Source: Candidatus Pacearchaeota archaeon (GTDB lineage: Archaea > Nanobdellota > Nanobdellia > Pacearchaeales > JAPDKA01). Taken from it: a stretch of 64,000 nt of DNA. The translations under genes were made by a program, and so were the position numbers. Below the pieces are notes generated by a model. The model saw only the letters and a program-made list of their open reading frames with translations. It searched no databases and was not told the origin of the DNA. Below are positions 35,750 through 45,840 of the stretch, in pieces (positions within the stretch are counted from its first letter, which is position 1; the number at the start of each line of letters is the position of its first letter). The stretch is from NCBI GenBank assembly GCA_038817835.1, contig JAWAZI010000003.1, positions 5,074 through 69,073 on the forward strand. The letters run 5' to 3'.

Positions 35750-36345
35750 CTTATTATTACAATTTTATTTTTTCCCAATTTTTTTGCTTTATATAATGCT
35801 TTATCAGCTTTTTCTAAAGCTTCATTTATATTCCCTTTAAATTCAGATATACCAATACTTACTGAAACTTTTTCATAACCTTGAGGCAAATTTTTTCTTA
35901 CAGGTTTTATTTCTATATTGTTTATTATTTCTCTTATTCTTTTTGCTACATTTAATGCTTTAGCTGCATTTGTTTCTGGTAAAACAATTAAAAATTCTTC
36001 ACCTCCAAATCTAACTGCAAAATCTTCTTTCCTTATATTTTTTATTATTACTCCTGTAACAGTTTTTAGTGCTTCATCTCCTTGAAGATGGCCAAATTTA
36101 TCATTATATTTTTTAAAATCATCAATATCAATTAACATAATAGAAAAAGTTTTTTTATGTCTAATTGCTCTTGAAACTTCTTTTCCTAATATATCATTTA
36201 ACAAAGATTTATTCCATAAACCAGTTAAAACATCATGAGTAGCATAAAAATATAATTGTTCAAATAATTTTGATAAAAATTTTTCTTTATGTTTTTGTTC
36301 TAATTTTTTAATTTCTTTTTTAATTTTTTTTATATCAATTGGCAT
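35746..36345 (-). CDS. GGDEF-domain protein (putative diguanylate cyclase)
   Basis: HDVLTGLWN, DIDDFKKYNDKFGHLQGD, RKED I-site, RFGGEEF, SIG, ADKALYKAKKLGKN. Confidence 0.93.
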   Translation of the reverse strand: MPIDIKKIKKEIKKLEQKHKEKFLSKLFEQLYFYATHDVLTGLWNKSLLNDILGKEVSRAIRHKKTFSIMLIDIDDFKKYNDKFGHLQGDEALKTVTGVIIKNIRKEDFAVRFGGEEFLIVLPETNAAKALNVAKRIREIINNIEIKPVRKNLPQGYEKVSVSIGISEFKGNINEALEKADKALYKAKKLGKNKIVIIR

Positions 36346-36381
36346 AATAAAATTTATATTCTAAAATTAAAAAATTTTTAT

Positions 36382-38952
36382 ATGGATAAAAAAATTTTAT
36401 TAGAGAATTTGCAAAAAAATTGGGAAAAGTATTGGAAAGTAGATCTTTTTAATGATGGATGGATAAGACAAAGATGTAAGAAATGTGGGAAATATTTTTG
36501 GGCAAAAGAAAGACAAGATTATTGTAATGATTCTAGTTGTGTTGGTTATAGATTCATTGATGAAAATTATAGTAATCTTAAAGCTATAGATTATATTGAA
36601 ACTTGGGAAAAAATAAAAAATTTTTTTATTAAGAAAGGACATAAAGCATTAAAGAGTTATCCAATAGTCTGTAGATGGTTTCCAGGTTTATATTTTACTA
36701 TAGCCTCTATAGTTGCTTTTCAAAGAAAAACAAATGGAAAAACAGTATTCAATTTTCCTGCAAATCCTTTAATAATCCCACAATTTTGTTTAAGATTTAA
36801 TGATATTGAGAAAGTTGGTTTTTCTGGAAGACATGCAACAGCTTTTGTTATGGTTGGTCAACATAGTTTATATAATGGAAAAAAGGGATACTGGAAAGAT
36901 GAAGCAATAAATTTAGATTATGAATTATTAACTAAAGTTTTTAAAATTAGGCCAGATGCTATAACATTTATTGAAGATGTCTGGATTGGAGAAGGAGCTT
37001 TTGGCTATAGCCTAGAATATTTTGTTTATGGTTTAGAGCTAGGGAATTGTGTATTTACAGAATTTTTGGGAAATATTGATAATTACCAATTAATGAAGGA
37101 AAAAGTAATAGATATGGGTGCAGGATTAGAAAGATTTAGTTGGATAATAAATAAAACTTTAACCCAATATGATTCTGTTTACAAGAAACAACTTAAATTT
37201 TTGAGCAATTATTATGATTATGATGAAGATCTTGTTAAAAAATTTATAAAAAATATTTCTCTTGTAGATTTTGATAAATTTTTAATACATGAAACCATTG
37301 ATAAAATTTTAGATAAAATAAAAATAAATAGAGAAATTTATAATAAAAAAATTCTTCCAAGAATATCTGCTTATATTATTTGTGATCATTTGAGGACTTT
37401 AGTTTTAGCTTTAAGTGATTATGCAATTCCAAGTAATGTTGGTGGTGGATATAATTTAAGAACAATTTTGAGAAGAATTTTAAATTATAAATCAAACCTA
37501 GATGATTTTGATATATTTAAATTAGTTAAATATGAAATTTCTACAATAAAAAAATTTAAAAAAATTCCAAAAGATATTATCACTTTTTTTGCTGAAATAT
37601 TTGAAAGAGAAAAAAATAAATTTGAAGAAAACAAAGAAAAAGCAGAAGCAATTACAAAAAAAATTATTCTTGAAATTAAAGAAAAAAATCAAAAAATTAT
37701 AGATGCAGAAAAATTACTTCTGTTGTATCAGAGTTATGGTATATATCCAGAAAGTATAGAAAAAATAGCAGATAAAGAAGGATTAATTTTAGAAATAGAG
37801 AAATTTAGGGAGATATTAGAAAAATTAAAAAAAAGAAGTAAAGAAATAAAAGAGAAATGGCAAGAAGAAATTGATAATTTAATTGAAAAAAATGAAATTA
37901 CCTCTACAAATCTTTTATATTATGATAATCCCCTATTACTTGAAACAAATTCAAGAGTTATTAAACAATTTAGTTATGACGGAAAATTTTGTCTGATTAC
38001 AGAGTCAACTATATTCTATCCTGAAGGTGGAGGTCAAGTTGCTGATAGTGGATTTATTAATGATGCAAAAGTTTTAGATGTTAAAAAATATAAAGGAATT
38101 GTAGTTCATTTTTTAGATAGGCCTATAAAAACTAATGATGTCTATCTTAAAGTTGATGGAGAAAGAAGAATGCAAATTAGACAACATCATACATCATTAC
38201 ATATTTTAAATTATGCTGCAAGAAAAATTTTAGGAAACCATATATGGCAAGCTGGAAGTTACGTTGATGATAACTATGCAACTTTAGATGTTTCTCATTA
38301 CAAAAAACCAAATTTAGAAGAAATTGAAGAGATTGAAAAATTAGTTAATGATATTATAAAGAAAAATATTGATATAAAATTTGAATGGTTAAAGAGAGAA
38401 AAAGCAGAAAAAAAATATGGTTTTAGAATTTATCAAGGTGGGGCAATTCCTAGTGAAAATTTAAGAATTGTTAATATAGGGGATTTTGAAATTGAAGCTT
38501 GTGGAGGATTACATTTAACAAATACTTCTCAAGCAGAAATTTTTAAGATTATTAATGTAGAAAAAATATCTGATGGTGTTATAAGATTTAAAATTGTTGC
38601 TGGTAAAAAAGCAAAATCGATAGAAGATGAAAAAGAAATAGTTGATGAATTAGTAAAAATTTTAAATGTTACTAGAGAGGAAGTTATTGACGCAGTTGAA
38701 ACTGTTTTTAATAGATGGAAAAAATTGAGAAAAGCATTAAGAAAATCAAAAAAACCTTTTGAGCTAGAATTTTGGCAAGAATTTATAAAAAAATATAAAT
38801 TTAAAAAAATTCCTTTAGAAGATAGAAAAATTGTTGAGAAACTATTAAATTTTTTAAATATACAAAAAAATTATCTCATTGTAAATGTTAAAAAATTTGT
38901 TGAGCAGCATGACGAAATTATAAAAGAATTAAAAAAATTGAACGAAAATTAA
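36382..38952 (+). CDS. alaS: Alanine--tRNA ligase (archaeal type)
   Basis: N-terminal CKKC..C zinc motif, FTIASI, DMGAGLER, DHLRT, editing HHTSLH and ACGGLH. Confidence 0.96.
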   Translation: MDKKILLENLQKNWEKYWKVDLFNDGWIRQRCKKCGKYFWAKERQDYCNDSSCVGYRFIDENYSNLKAIDYIETWEKIKNFFIKKGHKALKSYPIVCRWFPGLYFTIASIVAFQRKTNGKTVFNFPANPLIIPQFCLRFNDIEKVGFSGRHATAFVMVGQHSLYNGKKGYWKDEAINLDYELLTKVFKIRPDAITFIEDVWIGEGAFGYSLEYFVYGLELGNCVFTEFLGNIDNYQLMKEKVIDMGAGLERFSWIINKTLTQYDSVYKKQLKFLSNYYDYDEDLVKKFIKNISLVDFDKFLIHETIDKILDKIKINREIYNKKILPRISAYIICDHLRTLVLALSDYAIPSNVGGGYNLRTILRRILNYKSNLDDFDIFKLVKYEISTIKKFKKIPKDIITFFAEIFEREKNKFEENKEKAEAITKKIILEIKEKNQKIIDAEKLLLLYQSYGIYPESIEKIADKEGLILEIEKFREILEKLKKRSKEIKEKWQEEIDNLIEKNEITSTNLLYYDNPLLLETNSRVIKQFSYDGKFCLITESTIFYPEGGGQVADSGFINDAKVLDVKKYKGIVVHFLDRPIKTNDVYLKVDGERRMQIRQHHTSLHILNYAARKILGNHIWQAGSYVDDNYATLDVSHYKKPNLEEIEEIEKLVNDIIKKNIDIKFEWLKREKAEKKYGFRIYQGGAIPSENLRIVNIGDFEIEACGGLHLTNTSQAEIFKIINVEKISDGVIRFKIVAGKKAKSIEDEKEIVDELVKILNVTREEVIDAVETVFNRWKKLRKALRKSKKPFELEFWQEFIKKYKFKKIPLEDRKIVEKLLNFLNIQKNYLIVNVKKFVEQHDEIIKELKKLNEN

Positions 38953-39001
38953 ATTTTTATTTTGTGTAAATTTTATAAAGAAAAAATTTTAAAATAATTT
39001 A

Positions 39002-39616
39002 ATGAAAAAAAATAAAGCACAATTTTTTATTATTGCAGCAATTTTTGGAGTTATAGTAATATTTAGTTTTTTTGGTTTAGTTGTTTATAAAAAAATATCC
39101 CAACCTGAAAAAATTTATGATCTTGGAAAAAATTTTAAGTTTGAAGTTATAGAAACAATTGCAAAAGGGAAAATAAAAGTTTTTGGTGGAAATGAAGATA
39201 TTTTGATTAATTATTTAGATAATATAACTCATGAGTATCTTAAATATTCATTGACAGAAGATCCAAATGTAGAAATAATTTATATTTATGGAAATAAATC
39301 AAATATAGTTGTATATAATTTTGGAAATGAAGAATTATATGTATTAAATGATTCTCAAGAAGTTAGAGTTGAAGGTGGAAGGAAAAATATAAGTAATACG
39401 CTAAGCTTAGTAGAAATAAAAAGAACTGTTATTCAAGAAGCAGAAAGTTACTATGGGTCATTAGATAATATAAGAAAATTTTTTTATGATATGGATAAAA
39501 TAATAATAAATATTTCAAATAAAATTTATACATTTGAAATAGGCAATGAGGATAATTTTTATATTATATTAAAAACAAAAAGACAAAACGAGACTTTTAT
39601 GGCTTTTGAAAAATGA
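39002..39616 (+). CDS. Class III signal peptide (type IV pilin-like) protein
   Basis: MKKNKA|QFFIIAAI followed by hydrophobic helix. Confidence 0.65.
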   Translation: MKKNKAQFFIIAAIFGVIVIFSFFGLVVYKKISQPEKIYDLGKNFKFEVIETIAKGKIKVFGGNEDILINYLDNITHEYLKYSLTEDPNVEIIYIYGNKSNIVVYNFGNEELYVLNDSQEVRVEGGRKNISNTLSLVEIKRTVIQEAESYYGSLDNIRKFFYDMDKIIINISNKIYTFEIGNEDNFYIILKTKRQNETFMAFEK

Positions 39617-40026
39617 AAGCTATAAGTGAACTATTAAGTTATGTTTTGCTTATTTTAATTTCTTTAAGTTTAGCTTTAACAGTTTATAGTTTTCTTCAAT
39701 ATAAAGCAAGAATCCCTGAAAAAGTAGAATGTCCTCAAGGAGTTAGCGTTTATGTTGTTAATTATACTTGTAATAATATAGTTGAATTTTATTTAAAAAA
39801 TAGTGGGTTTTGGAATATATCTGGAATAAATATTAAAGTTTATGGAGAGTTAAATAATCTTTGCAATTTTACAGAAACTTTTGAAAATTTGACCCCAGGT
39901 GAAGTAAAAAATTTTTCTATTGGTTGTAGTAATCCGAAGAAATTAGAAATTTTACCTTTTATAAACTCAACAAAAAATAAAAAAATTTATTGCAGTAATG
40001 CTATAATAAGATTGGATATTTGCTAA
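39613..40026 (+). CDS. Archaeal type IV pilin-like protein
   Basis: MKA|ISELLSYVLLI, LKNSG..NI motif, paired cysteines. Confidence 0.75.
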   Translation: MKAISELLSYVLLILISLSLALTVYSFLQYKARIPEKVECPQGVSVYVVNYTCNNIVEFYLKNSGFWNISGINIKVYGELNNLCNFTETFENLTPGEVKNFSIGCSNPKKLEILPFINSTKNKKIYCSNAIIRLDIC

Positions 40027-41240
40027 AATAATTTTTTTTGATTTTCTTCTATAATTGGTTTTCCATAAACACCATCATAACCAGGATCAACTTTTATTTT
40101 TCCTTCTCTATTTTTTATTATTAATTCTGCAATTTTATCTTTTACAATTTTTTTTAATTTACTATATTCTACTTTCATTAAAACATTAAATTCATTATCA
40201 AATTCTTTTATTAATTTATTATAAATTTCGCTAACTTTTTTATTATTTAGACTTTTTCCATAGAAATTTGCAATAAGTTCAGTTAGTGGCAATAATTTAA
40301 AAAAAGGTTTTGCATTATCTGGCTTAAAATTTTTTGGTTTATCTGATATTTCATTAACTCTATGCTCTACACCTATTGTTAATTTTTTTCCACATTTTGG
40401 GCATATATTATTTAGCTTAATTGCTTCTTCAGGAGAAAGTTTTATATTGCAATTTCTATGACCATCCCAATGATATTTTCCATATGCAGGATCAACCTCT
40501 ATTGTAGCTTTAATTTTATTTTTTCCATCTTTATTTTTTATTGCATCATAAATTGCGTTATAATCTAATTTATTTAGCTCAAATATTGTTGCTTCTCTAC
40601 CTAAACGCCAGGGCCAATAACTATGACTGTCAGAGAAACTTACTATATTTATTTTTCTTATTTCTTCTATTCTCCATAACATATCTGGAGAAGCACTTAA
40701 GCCTGATTCTACAGCATAAATAAATTTTGTTTTATCCTCAAAAGCTTCACTTAGTTTATTAAATCCTGATTTACTTCCAAATATTCCATACCAAGGAGTC
40801 ATACAATGTGCAGGAATAATAATAATCTTTTTATCTATTTCTAACATTAAATCTAAAAATTCTACACAACTTAATTGTAATGTTGGTCTCGCATCTTTAC
40901 TTAAATCTGTAAATTTACTTAATTTCTCATTTATTTGGTCTGCACATTCCAAATTTGGAGAAAATAATATTAAATGAACTTTTCTTTCTTTATCCTTTAA
41001 ATATGATAAATTTATCTCTGTTGTTAACAAAAAAGCTAAATTATTTCTATATAATATTCCATCTTCCTCAACTAATTTTTTCTTTATTTCTTTAAACCAT
41101 AAAGGATGAGTAAAATCACTTGTTGTTAATAAATTGAGTCCTTTTATTTTAGCATATTTTTCTATATTCTCCAAATTCATATCTTTACTTGTTGCTTTAC
41201 TATATTTACTATGAAAATGTAAATCAGCAATAATTTCCAT
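40023..41240 (-). CDS. Endonuclease Q family PHP-domain protein
   Basis: ADLHFHSKYS, DFTHP, PAH, SDSHS, GKYHWDGHRNC..CPKCG, PGYDGVYG, PIP-like QKKLF. Confidence 0.9.
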   Translation of the reverse strand: MEIIADLHFHSKYSKATSKDMNLENIEKYAKIKGLNLLTTSDFTHPLWFKEIKKKLVEEDGILYRNNLAFLLTTEINLSYLKDKERKVHLILFSPNLECADQINEKLSKFTDLSKDARPTLQLSCVEFLDLMLEIDKKIIIIPAHCMTPWYGIFGSKSGFNKLSEAFEDKTKFIYAVESGLSASPDMLWRIEEIRKINIVSFSDSHSYWPWRLGREATIFELNKLDYNAIYDAIKNKDGKNKIKATIEVDPAYGKYHWDGHRNCNIKLSPEEAIKLNNICPKCGKKLTIGVEHRVNEISDKPKNFKPDNAKPFFKLLPLTELIANFYGKSLNNKKVSEIYNKLIKEFDNEFNVLMKVEYSKLKKIVKDKIAELIIKNREGKIKVDPGYDGVYGKPIIEENQKKLF

Positions 41241-41298
41241 TTAATTTTTTTATTTTATTTTTTAAAAATATTTTTAAACTATTAAATATAAAGATAGT

Positions 41299-41652
41299 AT
41301 GCTTGAGAAAAGCATAAGAGAATTTAAAAGTTATAATAATAAGCAAAATCTAGATGAAATAATTAATAATTGTAAGAGGGATGATATTAAAGAAAAATAT
41401 GCAGAAATAAAAAAACAATTTTTATTTTTTCCTGGAGAAAAAGAATTTTTGAAATTTTTAAAAATAACTCCAGAATTTTTTGCTGTAGAAGTTAATGGAA
41501 GTTCTGTAAAGAATTTTTATTATGTTACTAATGCTAAATTTTATAAAAAATCGTTTAAGATAATAAATGGATATGATATTATAAATGAAGCAAATATAAG
41601 TGGAAAATTTCCTATAGATAAGTTTTATTTCATAATAAATAAAAAAATTTAA
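41299..41652 (+). CDS. Hypothetical protein
   Basis: 117-aa ORF heading the rpl21e cluster; no motif recognised. Confidence 0.6.
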   Translation: MLEKSIREFKSYNNKQNLDEIINNCKRDDIKEKYAEIKKQFLFFPGEKEFLKFLKITPEFFAVEVNGSSVKNFYYVTNAKFYKKSFKIINGYDIINEANISGKFPIDKFYFIINKKI

Positions 41653-41675
41653 AATAAATATTAATTTTTTTAATT

Positions 41676-41990
41676 ATGAAAGAAAAAAGCTTAAGGCTTA
41701 TAGGTTTTGATTCTATTGGTGAGGAAGAAATTGATATAGCTAAAAAACTAGTTTCTCATTATTTAAATAGAATAAACAATATTATAGATTATGACGAGTT
41801 AAAAGTTAATTTGAAATTACACGAAAGGAGAAATTTATTTATTCATGAAATTAGAGCAGAATTATTTACTGGGAGCAAAGTATTAGTAGCAACAAGCGAA
41901 AATAAAAATTTATTTTCAGCATTAGCTGATTGTTTTGAAGCTTTACTTGTTGAGATAGATAAAAATTTTAAAAAAAAGAAAAGAAGTTAA
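41676..41990 (+). CDS. Putative HPF/RaiA-fold ribosome-associated protein
   Basis: beta-alpha-beta-beta-beta-alpha pattern ending NLFSALADCFEAL; next to rpl21e. Confidence 0.55.
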   Translation: MKEKSLRLIGFDSIGEEEIDIAKKLVSHYLNRINNIIDYDELKVNLKLHERRNLFIHEIRAELFTGSKVLVATSENKNLFSALADCFEALLVEIDKNFKKKKRS

Positions 41991-41991
41991 A

Positions 41992-42246
41992 ATGAAGAGA
42001 TTAAGAAAAAATATAAGGGAAAGAGGTAAAACAAGGCTTAGTGAATACTTTAAAGAATTGAAGGAGGGAGATAGAGTTGCAATTGTTCCTGCATTAGAGT
42101 TTCCGATGAATTTTCATAAACGTTATAGAGGTTTAGTCGGCAATATTATTGGCAAGAGAGGAAGATGCTATATTGTTGAAGTTAAAAAAAATAATAAGAA
42201 AAAATTAATAATAACATATCCGATACATCTTAAAAAAATAAAATGA
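41992..42246 (+). CDS. rpl21e: 50S ribosomal protein L21e
   Basis: RERGK...EGDRV...HKRYRGLVG.IIGKRGRCY...PIHLK. Confidence 0.93.
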   Translation: MKRLRKNIRERGKTRLSEYFKELKEGDRVAIVPALEFPMNFHKRYRGLVGNIIGKRGRCYIVEVKKNNKKKLIITYPIHLKKIK

Positions 42247-42566
42247 AAATAATAAAAAAAACACCGTTAAGTATTCCAGAATTAGAAGAATTTATAAAAG
42301 ATGTAAAAGAGGAAAATAAAAAAATAGAGAGTATAAAAGAATATATTAAAAAATTTGCGAAATTAAATTTTGAGGATGCAAAAAAATTAAGACAAGAATT
42401 AAAAGAACTCAATATTCCAAAACTTGGTGAAGAGCAAATTGTAAAAATAATAGACATACTTCCAGAAGATTCAGATGATTTAAGAAAAATTTTTTTTGGA
42501 ACATCAACTTTAAATCAAGATGAAATACAAAAAATACTTGAAGTTGTTAAAAAATATAAAAAGTAA
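42243..42566 (+). CDS. rpo4: RNA polymerase subunit Rpo4 (F)
   Basis: YIKKFAKL, KIIDILPEDSDDLR; conserved L21e-RpoF-DUF655 order. Confidence 0.9.
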   Translation: MKIIKKTPLSIPELEEFIKDVKEENKKIESIKEYIKKFAKLNFEDAKKLRQELKELNIPKLGEEQIVKIIDILPEDSDDLRKIFFGTSTLNQDEIQKILEVVKKYKK

Positions 42567-42568
42567 AA

Positions 42569-43108
42569 ATGAAAATAAAAGAAGAATATGCAATAGTATT
42601 AGATTATTTGCCTTATGGTTATCCTTTAGAGAAAGAAAGAATTCCTATTATACAAGCTATTGGAATAGATCATTTTACTCTTCTTGAGTTAGTTCCTAAA
42701 AAAGATGCTAAAATAGAATTAAAGGAAAAACTATATATTGGAGAAGGGAAAAGAGAAAAAGTTTATTATATAAGAGGTAGATTAAATCCAGAAAAACTTA
42801 CAGAAACAGCAAAAATAAATTTAAAAGAATTTGTTCATGAAATATTAAATCAAAAACCTGAAATAATAGTTAATTTTTTCAATAATGCTCCTGCAATAAA
42901 TAAAAGGTTGCATAGTATAGAATTATTACCTGGATTTGGAAAGAAGCATACTCAAGATATAATTAAAGCTAGAGAAGAAAAACTTTTTGAAAGTATAGAA
43001 GATATTAAAAAAAGAGTAAAAAATTTACCAGATCCATTTAAATCTGTTGAAAAAAGAATAATTCAAGAATGTACTCAAAAAGAAAAATATAAACTTTTTG
43101 TACATTAA
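42569..43108 (+). CDS. DUF655 family protein
   Basis: VLDYLPYG, FTLLEL, RLHSIELLPGFGKK. Confidence 0.92.
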   Translation: MKIKEEYAIVLDYLPYGYPLEKERIPIIQAIGIDHFTLLELVPKKDAKIELKEKLYIGEGKREKVYYIRGRLNPEKLTETAKINLKEFVHEILNQKPEIIVNFFNNAPAINKRLHSIELLPGFGKKHTQDIIKAREEKLFESIEDIKKRVKNLPDPFKSVEKRIIQECTQKEKYKLFVH

Positions 43109-43179
43109 ATTTTTCTTTTTTGAATTAATTAGCTTAATAGATAGAGCAATATTTTTAAATTTATAGAATATTTAAAAAA

Positions 43180-43653
43180 ATGGCAAGAGGAAAGGAAAAG
43201 ACAAAAGAAATTGGCCAAGGATTTATTAGATTGCTAGATACAGATATACCTGTTGAAAAATCTGTATTAATTGGATTAACAAAAATTAAAGGAATAAGTT
43301 TTAGTTTAGCTCATGCTATATGTAATTATTTAGAAATTGATAAATTTAAAAAATTAAAAGATCTTAGTGAAGAAGAAATTAAAAAACTTCAGGATATAGA
43401 TAAAATAATAAATTATTTACCCCCTTGGCTTTATAATAGAAGAAGAGATAGAGAAACAAATAAGGATTTACATTTATTTGGTTCAAAACTAGATTTGACT
43501 AAAGAGTTCGATATTAGAAGGTTAAAGAAAATAAAATGTTATAGAGGAATAAGACATAGCTTGGGTTTACCTGTTAGAGGACAAAGGACAAAAAGCCACT
43601 TTAGAAAGGGAGCTACTGTTGGAGTACAAAAAGAAAAATCAAAGAAACGTTAA
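43180..43653 (+). CDS. rps13: 30S ribosomal protein S13
   Basis: LTKIKGI, NRRRD, YRGIRHSLGLPVRGQRT. Confidence 0.96.
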   Translation: MARGKEKTKEIGQGFIRLLDTDIPVEKSVLIGLTKIKGISFSLAHAICNYLEIDKFKKLKDLSEEEIKKLQDIDKIINYLPPWLYNRRRDRETNKDLHLFGSKLDLTKEFDIRRLKKIKCYRGIRHSLGLPVRGQRTKSHFRKGATVGVQKEKSKKR

Positions 43654-43654
43654 A

Positions 43655-44131
43655 ATGAGAAGATTCAAAAATACTTATCTTACACCAAAGAAAAGATGGG
43701 ATAAAGCAAGAATAGAAGAAGAAAAACAGTTGATGAAGGAATATGGTTTAAAAAATAAAAGAGAAATTTACAAAGTTTATGCAATTATTAAGAAAATAAG
43801 AAAAATTGCTAAAAAACTTGTTATAGCTAGTGAAGAAGAAAAAAGAGAATTTATAAAGAAATTATCAAGATATGGATTTGTTAATGAAAATGCAACTTTA
43901 GATGATGTTTTAGCATTAGATAAGAGGAAAATTTTAGATAGAAGATTACAAACAATTGTTTTTAAAAAAGGTTTGGCAAATACAATAAAACAAGCTAGAC
44001 AATTTATAGTTCATGGGCATATTAGTATTAATGGAAAAACTGTAAACGTGCCTAGCTATTTGGTTAAGCTTGATGAAGAAAATTTAATAAGCTTAAATGA
44101 TAAATTAAATAAAATCTTAAAACAAAAATGA
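43655..44131 (+). CDS. rps4: 30S ribosomal protein S4 (start ATG at 43655)
   Basis: YGLKNKRE, RRLQTIV, QARQFIVHGHI. Confidence 0.96.
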   Translation: MRRFKNTYLTPKKRWDKARIEEEKQLMKEYGLKNKREIYKVYAIIKKIRKIAKKLVIASEEEKREFIKKLSRYGFVNENATLDDVLALDKRKILDRRLQTIVFKKGLANTIKQARQFIVHGHISINGKTVNVPSYLVKLDEENLISLNDKLNKILKQK

Positions 44132-44517
44132 GCGAGAAAGAAATACCGGGAATAGCATATATTTATAGCACAAACAATAATACAATAGTTCATATAACAG
44201 ATCTTAGCGGATATACTCTTGCTAGAGTTTCAGGAGGAATGGTAACAAAACATGATAGACTAAAAGCAAATCCTACAGTAGCTTTATTTGTTGCAAAATA
44301 TGCTGGAGAAAAAGCTAAAGAATTTGGTATAAATGCTTTATATGTTAGAGTTAGAGGTAGGGGAGGAAAAATAAATCCAATGCCTGGTCCTGGAGCAAGA
44401 AGTGCTATAAAATCTTTAGCAAAACTTGGATTTAAAATTTTGAGCGTGGTTGATGTAACCAGTTTTCCAAGAGGTGGACCTAAACCAAAAGGTGGAAGAA
44501 GGGGAAGAAGAGTTTAA
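44128..44517 (+). CDS. rps11: 30S ribosomal protein S11
   Basis: NNTIVHITDLSG, PGPGA, KGGRRGRRV. Confidence 0.96.
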   Translation: MSEKEIPGIAYIYSTNNNTIVHITDLSGYTLARVSGGMVTKHDRLKANPTVALFVAKYAGEKAKEFGINALYVRVRGRGGKINPMPGPGARSAIKSLAKLGFKILSVVDVTSFPRGGPKPKGGRRGRRV

Positions 44518-44518
44518 A

Positions 44519-45283
44519 ATGGATTTAAAAATTATAGATAAAGGAGAAGATTGGATAAAAATAAAAGTTAGTGGTATAAATTATACATTAGCAAATGCAA
44601 TAAGAAGAAGTAGCTATGAAATTGATATTCCTGCTATAGATGAAATAGAAGTTCATAAAAATGATTCTGTTCTCTATGATGAAATATTAGCTAATAGGCT
44701 TGGTTTAATTCCTTTAATTCCTAGTAGAGATTTAAAAAGAAAAGAAGAATGTAGTTGTAAAGGAAAAGGTTGTAAAAGTTGTACTTTAAAATTAAAATTA
44801 GAAGCAAAAGGAAAAGGCATAGTTTATTCTGATAAACTTGTTGGAGAAGCAGAAGCTTTATTTAAAGATATACCTATTGTTTGGCTTGAGGAAGATCAAG
44901 AGATAAAAATAATTGCTAATGTAACTTTAGGAAAAGCAATAGATCATGCAAAGTATCAAGCAGGATTGGTAATTTTTAATCCTTGTTATTATCTTTCAAA
45001 TTTTGATGAAAAATTTATTGAAAATAATGAAAAAATAAAAAATATTATAGAAAAATTTAATATACCATTAAAAAAAGGAGTAGAAATTGATGAAAAACAA
45101 TTTGAAATTTTGGATTGGATAAGAGAAAATTATAAAGAATCAAAAATAAAGCTAGAAATTAGTGATAAAGATTTTATTTTTTATATAGAAACTTATAGCT
45201 ATTTAAAACCACTAGAAATTTTTATTAAATCTTTGGAAGCATTAGAAGAAAATTTAAATAAATTAAACAAAATTTTGAAATAA
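44519..45283 (+). CDS. rpo3: RNA polymerase subunit Rpo3 (D) (start ATG at 44519)
   Basis: ANAIRR, NDSVLYDEILANRLGLIPL, CSCKGKGCKSC, HAKYQ. Confidence 0.94.
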   Translation: MDLKIIDKGEDWIKIKVSGINYTLANAIRRSSYEIDIPAIDEIEVHKNDSVLYDEILANRLGLIPLIPSRDLKRKEECSCKGKGCKSCTLKLKLEAKGKGIVYSDKLVGEAEALFKDIPIVWLEEDQEIKIIANVTLGKAIDHAKYQAGLVIFNPCYYLSNFDEKFIENNEKIKNIIEKFNIPLKKGVEIDEKQFEILDWIRENYKESKIKLEISDKDFIFYIETYSYLKPLEIFIKSLEALEENLNKLNKILK

Positions 45284-45366
45284 TATTTTTTTATTCTAAC
45301 TTTTTCTTTTTAGCATTTTAGAATAGTAACATAAAATTTATAAAATAAATACATAAAAATCTCAAG

Positions 45367-45840
45367 ATGGGAGAGCTAGTTACAACAGTGATAAAGGCTA
45401 GTTCTTTTCAAGAAAGAGATAAAGCATTGGAAATATTAAAAAAAATTAAAGAATTTAATGATAGAGATATATTAACTTGTCTTTATGTTTTTGATAATAT
45501 TGGGAATGGGGAATATGAAGGATTTTCTGCTTATGCTAATGATAAACTAGCAGGATTTATACTTTTTACTAAAAATTCTCTAGCTTTAGATGTTTTTGAG
45601 CTTCTTTGGATTGTTGTTGATCCAGATTGGCAAGGAAATGGGATTGGTAGTTTATTAATGGAAAAATTTTTAGAAGAAATGAAAATAAGAAATGCAAGAA
45701 TTATTATTTTACATACTTCAGAACATTATTTAAAAGCTAAATCCTTATATAAAAAATATAATTTTAATTGTGAAGCTGTAATAAAAGATTTTTATGATAT
45801 TGGAGATTCAAAAGAAATTTGGGTTTTGAGATTAAAGTAA
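45367..45840 (+). CDS. GNAT family acetyltransferase
   Basis: VVDPDWQGNGIGSLL motif A, A..LYKK. Confidence 0.9.
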   Translation: MGELVTTVIKASSFQERDKALEILKKIKEFNDRDILTCLYVFDNIGNGEYEGFSAYANDKLAGFILFTKNSLALDVFELLWIVVDPDWQGNGIGSLLMEKFLEEMKIRNARIIILHTSEHYLKAKSLYKKYNFNCEAVIKDFYDIGDSKEIWVLRLK

